DNA of 33,264 nt, taken from IMG/VR virus record IMGVR_UViG_3300032290_000772, positions 1 through 33,264 of that record; one strand, written 5' to 3'. Positions 8,751-17,017 of the stretch are shown here, piece after piece. Positions within the stretch are counted from its first letter, which is position 1, and every line of letters starts with the position of its first letter. A program made the translations under genes and the position numbers. The notes beneath the pieces are model-generated. The model saw only the letters and a program-made list of their open reading frames with translations, searched no databases and had not been told where the DNA came from. The stretch comes from a virus. Taxonomy: Duplodnaviria; Caudoviricetes.

Positions 8751-9419
8751 ATGAAAACAGAAAAAACATGCCCGCAGTGCTACGTTCAATTTCCAGTTAA
8801 AAAAAGCCACTTATCAAAAAGGATTTACTGTTCGATTGCCTGCCGATGCGCCGCGAAGCCGAAGGCTATATTTAAATGTAGATGCGGCGATGAGATAACA
8901 AGAAGAGCAAAGAAATGCAAGGGTTGTGCAGGAGATGAACGTGGGAAATATCTGATTTCAATAGGATATAATCCCCGCATGTTTTCCAGTAAAGACAGTG
9001 AAGAAAAAAGACTCGCTTACATAAAGAGCGACGAAAACAGGAAAAGAATATCGTCACTTACAAAAGGTAAAAGCATACAAAGAGAAAACGGAAGAAGGTT
9101 CAGCCCTCGCCATTGCAGAGCGGTTGAATGTCTTTTGCGTGACGCTAATGGAATTGTTCATTACTGCGCTAATATCTCTGCATTTGTGTTTAACAATAAA
9201 GACCTTTTTCTTGCAGAAGATACGCGACAAAAGGAATATAGAGGGCACGCCACAAAATCTTATCAATGCAACGCAACATCTGGATTATCTCAGATTTATC
9301 GGGGAAATAGAGGATCATGGAAGGGATGGACATTAGTATCTGACGTTGAAATCTCGGAAGGGCAGTGGGACTTGCTACGCAGGAAATACGAAGAAAATCC
9401 GAAAATTCTAATTAGTTAG
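8751..9419 (+). CDS. Homing-endonuclease-associated DNA-binding protein with no visible nuclease domain
   Basis: CPQC...F...YCSIAC zinc fingers and a C-terminal NUMOD1-like LSQIYRGNRGSWKGW; AT-rich. Confidence 0.55.
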   Translation: MKTEKTCPQCYVQFPVKKSHLSKRIYCSIACRCAAKPKAIFKCRCGDEITRRAKKCKGCAGDERGKYLISIGYNPRMFSSKDSEEKRLAYIKSDENRKRISSLTKGKSIQRENGRRFSPRHCRAVECLLRDANGIVHYCANISAFVFNNKDLFLAEDTRQKEYRGHATKSYQCNATSGLSQIYRGNRGSWKGWTLVSDVEISEGQWDLLRRKYEENPKILIS

Positions 9420-9420
9420 T

Positions 9421-9446
9421 TTTGACAAGGCGGCGTCAAAAAGATG
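9421..9446 (+). promoter_or_regulatory. TTTGAC-N17-ATG late-gene element, here within a TTTTGAC-N8-GTCAAAA inverted repeat
   Basis: Same element recurs at 12149, 13826, 14879, 18532 and 20308. Confidence 0.55.
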
Positions 9447-9746
9447 CCGCTTTCAAACGCTGATTTCACGCAATTCCTGATCGACGAGATTGACGACGGG
9501 AATGAAGACTTTGTAGCCGACTTGCTCGCGTCTGCGAAGGCGAAGATTGTTGCGGGCGGTGGCGTCATTGATTCGATGACCTCGGGGAGCCGAAACGGGA
9601 AGAGCTATACCATGCAGATCGGCATGGATGCAGCGACAGTTGCCAAGTGCTGCCGTGATGCAATGAGGACCACTGACAACACGGACGGAAACCCGATGTT
9701 CACCGTTGCCAGCTTCACGAATATACTGCCGGGAACTAGCGTATGA
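9444..9746 (+). CDS. Head-tail adaptor, lambda gpW-like
   Basis: Small gene directly before the portal; SGSRNGKSYT beta-hairpin between helices. Confidence 0.6.
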   Translation: MPLSNADFTQFLIDEIDDGNEDFVADLLASAKAKIVAGGGVIDSMTSGSRNGKSYTMQIGMDAATVAKCCRDAMRTTDNTDGNPMFTVASFTNILPGTSV

Positions 9747-11338
9747 AACCAAAGAAACAGCCGAAAAAGCTAGGGGGCGGAACTACGTCATACCGTGAGA
9801 CGGTGGATAGTTCAATCGACCGCGCAAACGTCCAGTATCTCATTCCGCAGGATTCGCGACTCTATCTTTCCGCCTACACGCGAAAGCAAATCGTTTCTAA
9901 GGTTGAGTGGTGCCGTCAAAACTTTGGCATTGTGCAAGAATGGGGCCGTGGAATCGCACGGCACACCGTAGGACGTGGAATCTTCGCTTCTTTCAACACG
10001 GAGGATGCAGAGTGGAACAAAGCGGCGAACCTTGCGCTTGAGAACTACTGCATGACTCCAGTCCAATGCGACGTTACCGGAAGGCGCAACGCATACGAAA
10101 TGCAGGCGCACATTGCAGAACAAATCGCAATCATTGGCGAGGCTTTCGTCCTGCATTCGGAAAACCCTGACTTCCCATCGCCAAAACAAGGCGTTGGAGA
10201 TTGTCCGGCATTCTACGCAATCGAACCGAACGACGTTGCATCGCCGATGGTGAACCTTTCTCAGTCCGAAGGCATTCACGACGGCATTGAACTCGGGGAC
10301 TTTGGGCGCGCTCGCTACTATCACGTCAGGCTGGCAAACGATAACTTCGCGAAGTATGACGCCCGCGACGTGTCACACATTTTCCACGCTCAGGGAACGA
10401 ATCAATCACGCGGAATCTCGCCACTTGCGCCGGGTGTAAACAATCTAGTTGACATTCACGAACTGAAGCGGCTGGAAACCAAAACAGCAAAAACGCAGCG
10501 GCTTGTTTCCCTCATTATCAAGGGCACGAAGGCAGCAAAGGGGCGTGGCGCAATGTCCGCGCTTATGGCTCCACCGGAAGGCACGGACCAAGTGGACACA
10601 CAAGCCGTAGAGAACCTTTACCAAGGCGCAGGAGCGGCGATTGCTCGCATGGGAGACGATGGCAAGGTTGAGTTGATCAGCGGAAACACTCCATCGCCGC
10701 TTGTGAACGAATACGTGACCGACCTTTTGCTACGTGATGCAGCAGCAGGCACGGGCGTTCCGGTAGAGTTTTTCTGGAGTCGCGACAAGCTAGGAGGCGC
10801 AAACGCACGCGGTATTTTCGCACAGGCGGACGCGGCTTTCTCGCTACTTGCCGACAAGGTTATTTACGGATGGTTTGAACGGTTCATTATTCGCTTTATA
10901 GAATGGCGTGTTGCCTCGGGTTTACTCGCGGAACCGCCCCAAAATTGGAGAGACTGCATCAGCTACCGACGCCCGCGACGTGTCACGCTTGACAACGGGC
11001 GCGATTCAAAAGCTCGCATTGAAGAACTCAATCATGGGCTGGCGACGATGCGTCTTATTTACGACGAACAGGGAGAAGATTACCTGACGCACATCCGGCA
11101 ATGGATTCGTGAGTTTCGCGAGTTTGAAGATGAAGCCAAGATGCAAGGATACACGCCGCAAGAGGCGAAGCGGCTTGCCGAACGCTGGCGGCCACTTCCT
11201 CCCGGTAGCGCGATGAGCGAGACGCAGCAAAAGGCGACAAAACCGGAACCGATTGAAGCCGAAGATTCACCGGAATACGAAAATGAAGACGCAGAAGAAT
11301 CTGACAACGAGGACACAAACAATGATTCCAATTCCTGA
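9743..11338 (+). CDS. Portal protein, lambda family
   Basis: 531 aa; VGRG, GEAF, DGIELGDFGR..YYH, HIF...QSRGIS.LAP motifs; position in the head module. Confidence 0.9.
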   Translation: MKPKKQPKKLGGGTTSYRETVDSSIDRANVQYLIPQDSRLYLSAYTRKQIVSKVEWCRQNFGIVQEWGRGIARHTVGRGIFASFNTEDAEWNKAANLALENYCMTPVQCDVTGRRNAYEMQAHIAEQIAIIGEAFVLHSENPDFPSPKQGVGDCPAFYAIEPNDVASPMVNLSQSEGIHDGIELGDFGRARYYHVRLANDNFAKYDARDVSHIFHAQGTNQSRGISPLAPGVNNLVDIHELKRLETKTAKTQRLVSLIIKGTKAAKGRGAMSALMAPPEGTDQVDTQAVENLYQGAGAAIARMGDDGKVELISGNTPSPLVNEYVTDLLLRDAAAGTGVPVEFFWSRDKLGGANARGIFAQADAAFSLLADKVIYGWFERFIIRFIEWRVASGLLAEPPQNWRDCISYRRPRRVTLDNGRDSKARIEELNHGLATMRLIYDEQGEDYLTHIRQWIREFREFEDEAKMQGYTPQEAKRLAERWRPLPPGSAMSETQQKATKPEPIEAEDSPEYENEDAEESDNEDTNNDSNS

Positions 11339-12173
11339 AGCAATCCTGACGCAACCGCTGGCGATGCTGCCAACGGCGATCCCAGCGTTTATTCAACGCT
11401 TTGCAAGCCTTCGCGCCCGCTGTGATGCAATGCCGACGAACCTTTCAATCGGGGACTTCGTGAACCAGCGGCGTGACTACACCGTCAGCGATGGCGTTGC
11501 TACAATCCACGTAAATGACGTTCTAGCGCAGAACACAACCGGAATCGACCGGATGCTCGGCATGACCGATTACAGCCAAGTCACAAGCGAACTCGACAAG
11601 GCGATGAGTGACCCTAGCGTGAAGGCGGTTGTTCTCGACATCAACAGTCCGGGCGGAAGCGCAATCGGAGCACCGGAAGCGGCACAATCAATTCGCGAAA
11701 GCAGAAACACAAAGCCAATCGTCGCACATATTGGAGAGATTGGAGCGAGCGCAGCTTACTACCTAGCGGCAGGTGCATCGGCTATCGTCGCGCAGGCTTC
11801 TGGAATGGTTGGCAGCATCGGCACGCGAATTGAGTTTCTCGACTTCGGCAACGCATTAGCGGCGATGGGAATCACTCCGCACATCTTCACGCCCGCAGCA
11901 AGCGACTTGAAGGCGGCAGGAACGTCTATGCGAGCACCGACCGCAGCGGAAACAAATTGGTTCCAATCGCACATTGAAAGCATCAACGCAGCGTTCGCCG
12001 GCTTCGTGCAAAAGAACCGAAAGAAAGTCGGCATGGAATCAATGCGCGGGCAAGTGTTCACCGGCTCGCAAGCAATGGAGAACGGGCTTGTCGATTACCT
12101 CGGGACGATGGCTGACGCAAAGAACATCGCGCTAAAAATGGCGGACTATTTGACAACACGAAAAGACAAATGA
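11322..12173 (+). CDS. Prohead maturation protease, S49 family (lambda gpC-like)
   Basis: LDINSPGG, ASAAYYLA, GSIG and G.VFTG..A...GLVD motifs; likely ATG at 11322. Confidence 0.9.
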   Translation: MIPIPEAILTQPLAMLPTAIPAFIQRFASLRARCDAMPTNLSIGDFVNQRRDYTVSDGVATIHVNDVLAQNTTGIDRMLGMTDYSQVTSELDKAMSDPSVKAVVLDINSPGGSAIGAPEAAQSIRESRNTKPIVAHIGEIGASAAYYLAAGASAIVAQASGMVGSIGTRIEFLDFGNALAAMGITPHIFTPAASDLKAAGTSMRAPTAAETNWFQSHIESINAAFAGFVQKNRKKVGMESMRGQVFTGSQAMENGLVDYLGTMADAKNIALKMADYLTTRKDK

Positions 12174-12583
12174 GCATTGACGAACTCACAGCTAATCTAT
12201 CCGCCTCGCAAATCAAAGTTGCGGAACTCGCAGCACTCAATAGCGAGTTTGAAAATGAGAACATTTCCCTCACGGCGAAAATCACGGACCTTGAAAAAAC
12301 AGGCGGCGAATTGAGCGCAAAGGTTGCAACGCTTGAAGCCGATGCAACTGCAAAAGCAGAGCAGCACACGGCAGAACTCGCCAAGCTCAATTCCGAACTC
12401 GACGCAAGCAAAAAGGAGACAGCGACACTCCGCGAACAGGGCGCACGTTTTGGCGCACCTGCACCAAAGGCTCCTGTTACAAACAGCAACGAAAAGCCGG
12501 TTTTGAGCCGGAAAGAGTTTAACTCGCTACCAGTTGGGGAGCGAATGGCTTTCGCCAAAAAAGGCGGGAAAATCGAAGACTAA
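12170..12583 (+). CDS. Capsid scaffolding protein
   Basis: Long coiled coil with C-terminal SRKEFNSL...ERMAF.KKGG helix pair, located between protease and capsid. Confidence 0.7.
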   Translation: MSIDELTANLSASQIKVAELAALNSEFENENISLTAKITDLEKTGGELSAKVATLEADATAKAEQHTAELAKLNSELDASKKETATLREQGARFGAPAPKAPVTNSNEKPVLSRKEFNSLPVGERMAFAKKGGKIED

Positions 12584-12602
12584 ACACAACCAATAAGAAA
12601 AT

Positions 12603-13763
12603 ATGGCTAACACGCTAACAAACCTCATCCCAAGCGCATACCGTGCGCTTAACGTAATCAGCCGTGAATTGGTTGGTTTCATTCCTTCCGTCACACTTGA
12701 CCCGTCCGCTGACATGCTCGCAGCCGGTCAGACAATCTACATTCCGCAGGCTCCTGTGAACTCTGCCGGTAAGGATATTTCGCCCGCAATGGCATTTCCG
12801 ACCGCAGCTTACCAGACCATCGCTACGAAGTCGCACTCGCTCACCAAACAGCGTGCATTCCCATTCTCTTGGACGAATGAGGAGCGCATGAATATGGATG
12901 CAGGTCCGGGCTATCTCTCGCTTAATGAGCAGCAGATTGCACAGGCACTCCGCGCTTGCGTGAACGAAATCGAAACGGACATTGCAGTTGCCGTGAAGAA
13001 TGGCGCATCACGCGCTTTCGGAGCAACCGCAGGCACCGCTCCTGTTCTCACGGATTGGGCGCAGGCTAAGAAGATTCTCGACGACAACGGAGCACCAAGC
13101 ACCGGACGCACGAGCGTTTTCGACACTACCGCAGGCGTTGCGCTTCGCAGCACTAGCAACCTTTACAAAGTGAACGAAGCTGGTGACGGCGGTTCGCTTT
13201 TGCGGCAGGGCGTTCTCGGGAACCTCTTCGGTTTTGACCTCCGCGAATCGGCGCAGGTTCAGACGACCACGGCTGGGGCGATGGCAAGCGCAACTTCAAG
13301 CAATGCGGCTTTCACGGTTGGTCAAACTGTAATTCCGCTCGCAACCGCAGGCACCGGAGTTGTATCGGCTGGCGATATCATCACCTTCGCGAACGACACG
13401 AATAAATACGTTGTAGCATCGGTGAGCTTCGCAGGCGCAAACCCTGCAAGCGGTGATACGATTACGCTGGCAGAACCGGGACTCCGAAAGGCTCAGTCCG
13501 CAGCAACTCGCGCAATCACGGTGCTTGCCACATCGACCCGCAACGCTGCATTCAGCCGCAACGCAATCCTGCTTTCGACACGACTCCCAGCGAGCGTGCA
13601 GGGCGACCTTGCGACGGACCGCCAGACCATTACGGACCCGAACAGCGGAATCTCCTTCGAGCTTTCGATGTATCCCGGCGACCGAATGGTTCACTACGAA
13701 GTCGCTTGCGTATGGGGCGTGACGGTTATCAAACCGGAACATTGCGCGATTATCATCGGCTAA
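12603..13763 (+). CDS. Major capsid protein, P22-coat-like HK97 fold with an inserted beta domain
   Basis: MANTLT start, GQTIYIP, EIETDI, LDDNGAP, LRQGVLGNLFGF, AGDIITF insertion, WGV...KPE C-terminus; followed by a terminator. Confidence 0.85.
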   Translation: MANTLTNLIPSAYRALNVISRELVGFIPSVTLDPSADMLAAGQTIYIPQAPVNSAGKDISPAMAFPTAAYQTIATKSHSLTKQRAFPFSWTNEERMNMDAGPGYLSLNEQQIAQALRACVNEIETDIAVAVKNGASRAFGATAGTAPVLTDWAQAKKILDDNGAPSTGRTSVFDTTAGVALRSTSNLYKVNEAGDGGSLLRQGVLGNLFGFDLRESAQVQTTTAGAMASATSSNAAFTVGQTVIPLATAGTGVVSAGDIITFANDTNKYVVASVSFAGANPASGDTITLAEPGLRKAQSAATRAITVLATSTRNAAFSRNAILLSTRLPASVQGDLATDRQTITDPNSGISFELSMYPGDRMVHYEVACVWGVTVIKPEHCAIIIG

Positions 13764-13789
13764 GTTTTCATAGGGTAGTTATTCATCAT

Positions 13790-13828
13790 GGGCGCATCGG
13801 ACTTGTAAACCGATGCGCCCTTCGTTTT
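13790..13828 (+). terminator. Intrinsic terminator after the capsid gene
   Basis: GGGCGCATCGG, 9-nt loop, CCGATGCGCCC, then TTCGTTTT. Confidence 0.85.
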
Positions 13829-13845
13829 GACTAAAAAAGAAAGAC

Positions 13846-14169
13846 ATGGCGCGATTCGATGATTTTATGACAGCCGGATGGACGACTTCCACGGAGGTTT
13901 TCGGCACGGTCAATTTCACCTTTCCCGGCGTGTCTGGAAACGTAGCTTGCGAATACGAAGAGCTGGGCTGCACGCAGCAAGTAGAGGTTCACGGAAAGAT
14001 TGAAAGCATCACGGCTACAATCGAAGTAGCTATCTCCGCACTTACGAATGCACCTACTCACGGGGCACTGGTAACGCGAGTCAGCGACGGCAAGGTTTTC
14101 CGCGTCATCGGGCAAACGCAGACTGACGGCGACACGCATCAAATCAACCTTGATACACGGAACGTATAA
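13846..14169 (+). CDS. Head-tail joining protein, lambda FII-like
   Basis: 107 aa, beta-rich, DGKVFRV motif, position after capsid. Confidence 0.6.
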   Translation: MARFDDFMTAGWTTSTEVFGTVNFTFPGVSGNVACEYEELGCTQQVEVHGKIESITATIEVAISALTNAPTHGALVTRVSDGKVFRVIGQTQTDGDTHQINLDTRNV

Positions 14170-14888
14170 TGGCTTATCAACTCATCGGCTACAAACTTGA
14201 GCAGGCTATTTCGTCTTACATCAGCGGGCTAAAAGGCTCGCTTCTATCTGGCGTTCAAATCGGGCACTCACTGACAACCGACGTTATCAACCCGCCGTTT
14301 CTGCGCGTATTTGCTGGCAGCGTTTCGCCTTGGAGTGACAGCGACAGACGCGGAGAACTTCGCGGCCCGAAGCGCGTCGTTTTGCAAGTGATGATTGGCG
14401 AGCACATGGACGGGACCAGTATTCAGCAATACTGCGGAGAGTTTGAGAACATCATCAGCGAGGCTCGCAGGATTGGCAAAGTGAACGCCAGCACGCCGGC
14501 GAGCGCATCGTTCGTTCTCAACTACGCAGTCCCGAACATAGTGCCTTCATTCCTCGCAGCGAATGACGTGATAAGAATCAACGGAACGAATCGGACGATT
14601 TCCAGCGTCTCGGCAGGCAGTGGAACGCTTTACAATATCACGCTAACCGAGTCAGTAACGCTTACGGCAAACACGGCAGTCTTCATGCAGACCGTAACGA
14701 AACGCGGAGAAGAATACACTGACTTAATAGCTGAATGCACGGAAAGCACGGGCGCATACAAGCCTGACACTGGACTTGAAATCATTGGAATGCGCTTCGT
14801 TACATGTTCGCCAAGCACGGCAGATGATATGCGGTTGATGCAATACGAGTTCGAGATAGACGCCCTAAATTGCGACGATTTGACATAA
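14169..14888 (+). CDS. Tail completion/terminator-like protein with an inserted domain
   Basis: Position before the tail tube; central S/T/V-rich beta segment. Confidence 0.45.
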   Translation: MAYQLIGYKLEQAISSYISGLKGSLLSGVQIGHSLTTDVINPPFLRVFAGSVSPWSDSDRRGELRGPKRVVLQVMIGEHMDGTSIQQYCGEFENIISEARRIGKVNASTPASASFVLNYAVPNIVPSFLAANDVIRINGTNRTISSVSAGSGTLYNITLTESVTLTANTAVFMQTVTKRGEEYTDLIAECTESTGAYKPDTGLEIIGMRFVTCSPSTADDMRLMQYEFEIDALNCDDLT

Positions 14889-14901
14889 GCGCGAAAGTAT
14901 T

Positions 14902-15330
14902 ATGGCAGACACAACACATGGATGGGCATTTCTCAAAGGGCTACCGATTACGGGCGCAGACGTAACGCTTGATAGCGAAGGCGCGGCAGTTGGCTCTACT
15001 GTTCGCATTGTCGGACCACTCAGCTACAAGCCTGACTACCGCAACAAAAACGAGGACATTAACGAAAACGGCGTTCTCGTCGGAGAGCGCAGTTTTGACC
15101 TTGTGGAAACCCTTTCGCTTTCATTCAAACTTCCCACCGGATTTGCAGACCGTGCGCGACTCGTCAAAGGCGCAATCGTAACTATTGCCACATCCGACGA
15201 CGCAGTTCTCGACGGCGTTTGGCAGATTGACGACACAAGCCGCGAATACGTAAACGATGACGCGACGATGTTTCCGGTAACACTTCGGCGCAATGCGGGC
15301 TTTACACCGACCGCGCAAAACCCTAGCTAG
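14902..15330 (+). CDS. Major tail tube protein (putative)
   Basis: 142 aa, beta-rich, own upstream element and followed by a terminator. Confidence 0.6.
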   Translation: MADTTHGWAFLKGLPITGADVTLDSEGAAVGSTVRIVGPLSYKPDYRNKNEDINENGVLVGERSFDLVETLSLSFKLPTGFADRARLVKGAIVTIATSDDAVLDGVWQIDDTSREYVNDDATMFPVTLRRNAGFTPTAQNPS

Positions 15331-15373
15331 TAACTTTCTGTTTCCTGCGGTTGTTCATGTCCGCAGTGTTCAT

Positions 15374-15416
15374 GGGCCGCATCGGTTTTCTGTTCACCGG
15401 TGCGGCTCTATTTTTT
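15374..15416 (+). terminator. Intrinsic terminator after the tail tube gene
   Basis: GGGCCGCATCGGT...ACCGGTGCGGCTC (13 bp, 2 G-U) then TATTTTTT. Confidence 0.8.
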
Positions 15417-15421
15417 AACCA

Positions 15422-16180
15422 ATGACATTCGCAAAGTTCAGCCGATACGCAACAGCGCACACCGCACAAGCTAGAGCAGACGCTGGCGAGTTTGTCTGTA
15501 TGGGCCGTTTGCTTCGCCCGCTCTCGCTCTTTCACCGCGAGCTATTGGAGGAGACGCTAGGCGACGAAATCGTGATGATTGAAGACCTCGGCGACTTCGC
15601 GCTTCTCGAAGTGGCAACGAAGATTTGCAGTCAGCAATACCCATCGCTCGACATCGGCATTCCGGAGACGGAAATCGAAATGGCGGAGTTTGAAGCACGA
15701 TGCGCCAAGCTCGACGTTGACAAAGAAAGCACGCGCTTTGGCGAATACGTTCGAGCGTGCGGAGGCTCAGTCCCGCGCCTCGTGAAGTTTCTCGGCGACT
15801 CCGGACCGACGAAGGAACTCCGTTCTACATACTCGCACATCGTCATCTCTCAAATCCTCACGACATGCACAACTGGCGTCACGTTCGACGATTTGCTTTA
15901 CCGTTGGCCAGTTGGAAAGGTTATGTGGCTGTATTGGAGTCTGCGCGAACTCCGCGACGAGCAAAGCCATATTGCGCTGACAGACGAGCCGGTTGAACGG
16001 ACACAGGAGGAAATCGACACGGAAGAAAAGACCCGCGCACTCGTGGCAAAAGCAATGGTGCGCCGGGAAAAGAAAGCCGCTGGCATCGTTTGCCCGAACA
16101 TCCTCGCGGAGATCCAAAAAGAGACGTCGGAAATCGTGCGGCGCATCGAAGCCGGGGAACTTGCGGAGGTGCAGGAATGA
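15422..16180 (+). CDS. Tail assembly chaperone (putative)
   Basis: Acidic, helical 252 aa protein between tube and tape measure. Confidence 0.5.
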   Translation: MTFAKFSRYATAHTAQARADAGEFVCMGRLLRPLSLFHRELLEETLGDEIVMIEDLGDFALLEVATKICSQQYPSLDIGIPETEIEMAEFEARCAKLDVDKESTRFGEYVRACGGSVPRLVKFLGDSGPTKELRSTYSHIVISQILTTCTTGVTFDDLLYRWPVGKVMWLYWSLRELRDEQSHIALTDEPVERTQEEIDTEEKTRALVAKAMVRREKKAAGIVCPNILAEIQKETSEIVRRIEAGELAEVQE

Positions 16181-17016
16181 GCAATCTCGAAATCAGAGGC
16201 GATGTTTACGCGGAGGACATCAAAAAGAGTCTTAACGAACTCGGCAGGCTCACGAATAAAACAGCCGCACAAATCATCCAAGACCGCGCGCCGATGATGG
16301 CGCGATACCTCGCAGAATGGACAATGCCGGTTGCTGGAATGTCGAAAGGCGACGTTGGCGCAACGGTTGACGGAGGTGGTCAGAGCGCAAAAAAGTTACA
16401 GGAGAATGCAATTAGTAGAGACATCCGCCGCGCTTATATGTCGCCTGCGAAAGTGATTAATGCACTTGCGTCGGTTGCTGATGGTGAGTCTCTAAAAAAG
16501 GCATTCACAAAAGCATCACGAACCGGAGACCTGAACGAAGCAACCCGCATCGTCAGACTGATTCCAAGCATGAAAGGATTGGAAGTGATGATTTGGGATA
16601 AAGGCAGACTCCACGAGTCGAAACGAATGAAGTCATACAACGGAAGGGTCCACCGCGGAACTCGTCCGATAATTGTTACACGCTCAGGAGAACTAAAGAA
16701 ATACATTAAAGAACGTCAGAATGCGGCAGGCTTTACAAAAGCGGCATGGATAAATGCAGGTAAGCACATTTCACTTAAAACAGGACGAGTATCAGCGTGG
16801 ATAACTAGGCACGTCGCAACTCCGTCAATCGGGACGTTCAAAAGTGACGGCGTGAAATCGGAAGCTCGGCTGACAAATAACGTTCCGTGGGTATCGAAGA
16901 AAATTGACGACAGGCGAGCAATGGAAGCATTCGACCGCAGCATGAAACAATCCATCACGAAGGCGATTGACTACATCGCGAAAAGAGAAGCGCGAAAAGC
17001 ACAAAGGACGAACTAA
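16177..17016 (+). CDS. Basic neck/tail morphogenesis protein, HK97 gp10 / lambda gpZ-like
   Basis: ATGA overlap with GGAGG upstream; basic; GFTKAAW and LTNNVPW motifs. Confidence 0.55.
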   Translation: MSNLEIRGDVYAEDIKKSLNELGRLTNKTAAQIIQDRAPMMARYLAEWTMPVAGMSKGDVGATVDGGGQSAKKLQENAISRDIRRAYMSPAKVINALASVADGESLKKAFTKASRTGDLNEATRIVRLIPSMKGLEVMIWDKGRLHESKRMKSYNGRVHRGTRPIIVTRSGELKKYIKERQNAAGFTKAAWINAGKHISLKTGRVSAWITRHVATPSIGTFKSDGVKSEARLTNNVPWVSKKIDDRRAMEAFDRSMKQSITKAIDYIAKREARKAQRTN

Positions 17017-17017
17017 G

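Noticed and set aside
16060-16180. Programmed -1 frameshift in the tail chaperone (CGGGAAAAG) and the 16090 TTG start
   Set aside because: GGGAAAA is not in the X-XXY-YYZ phase of the reading frame; the next gene has its own GGAGG and ATGA-coupled start at 16177.
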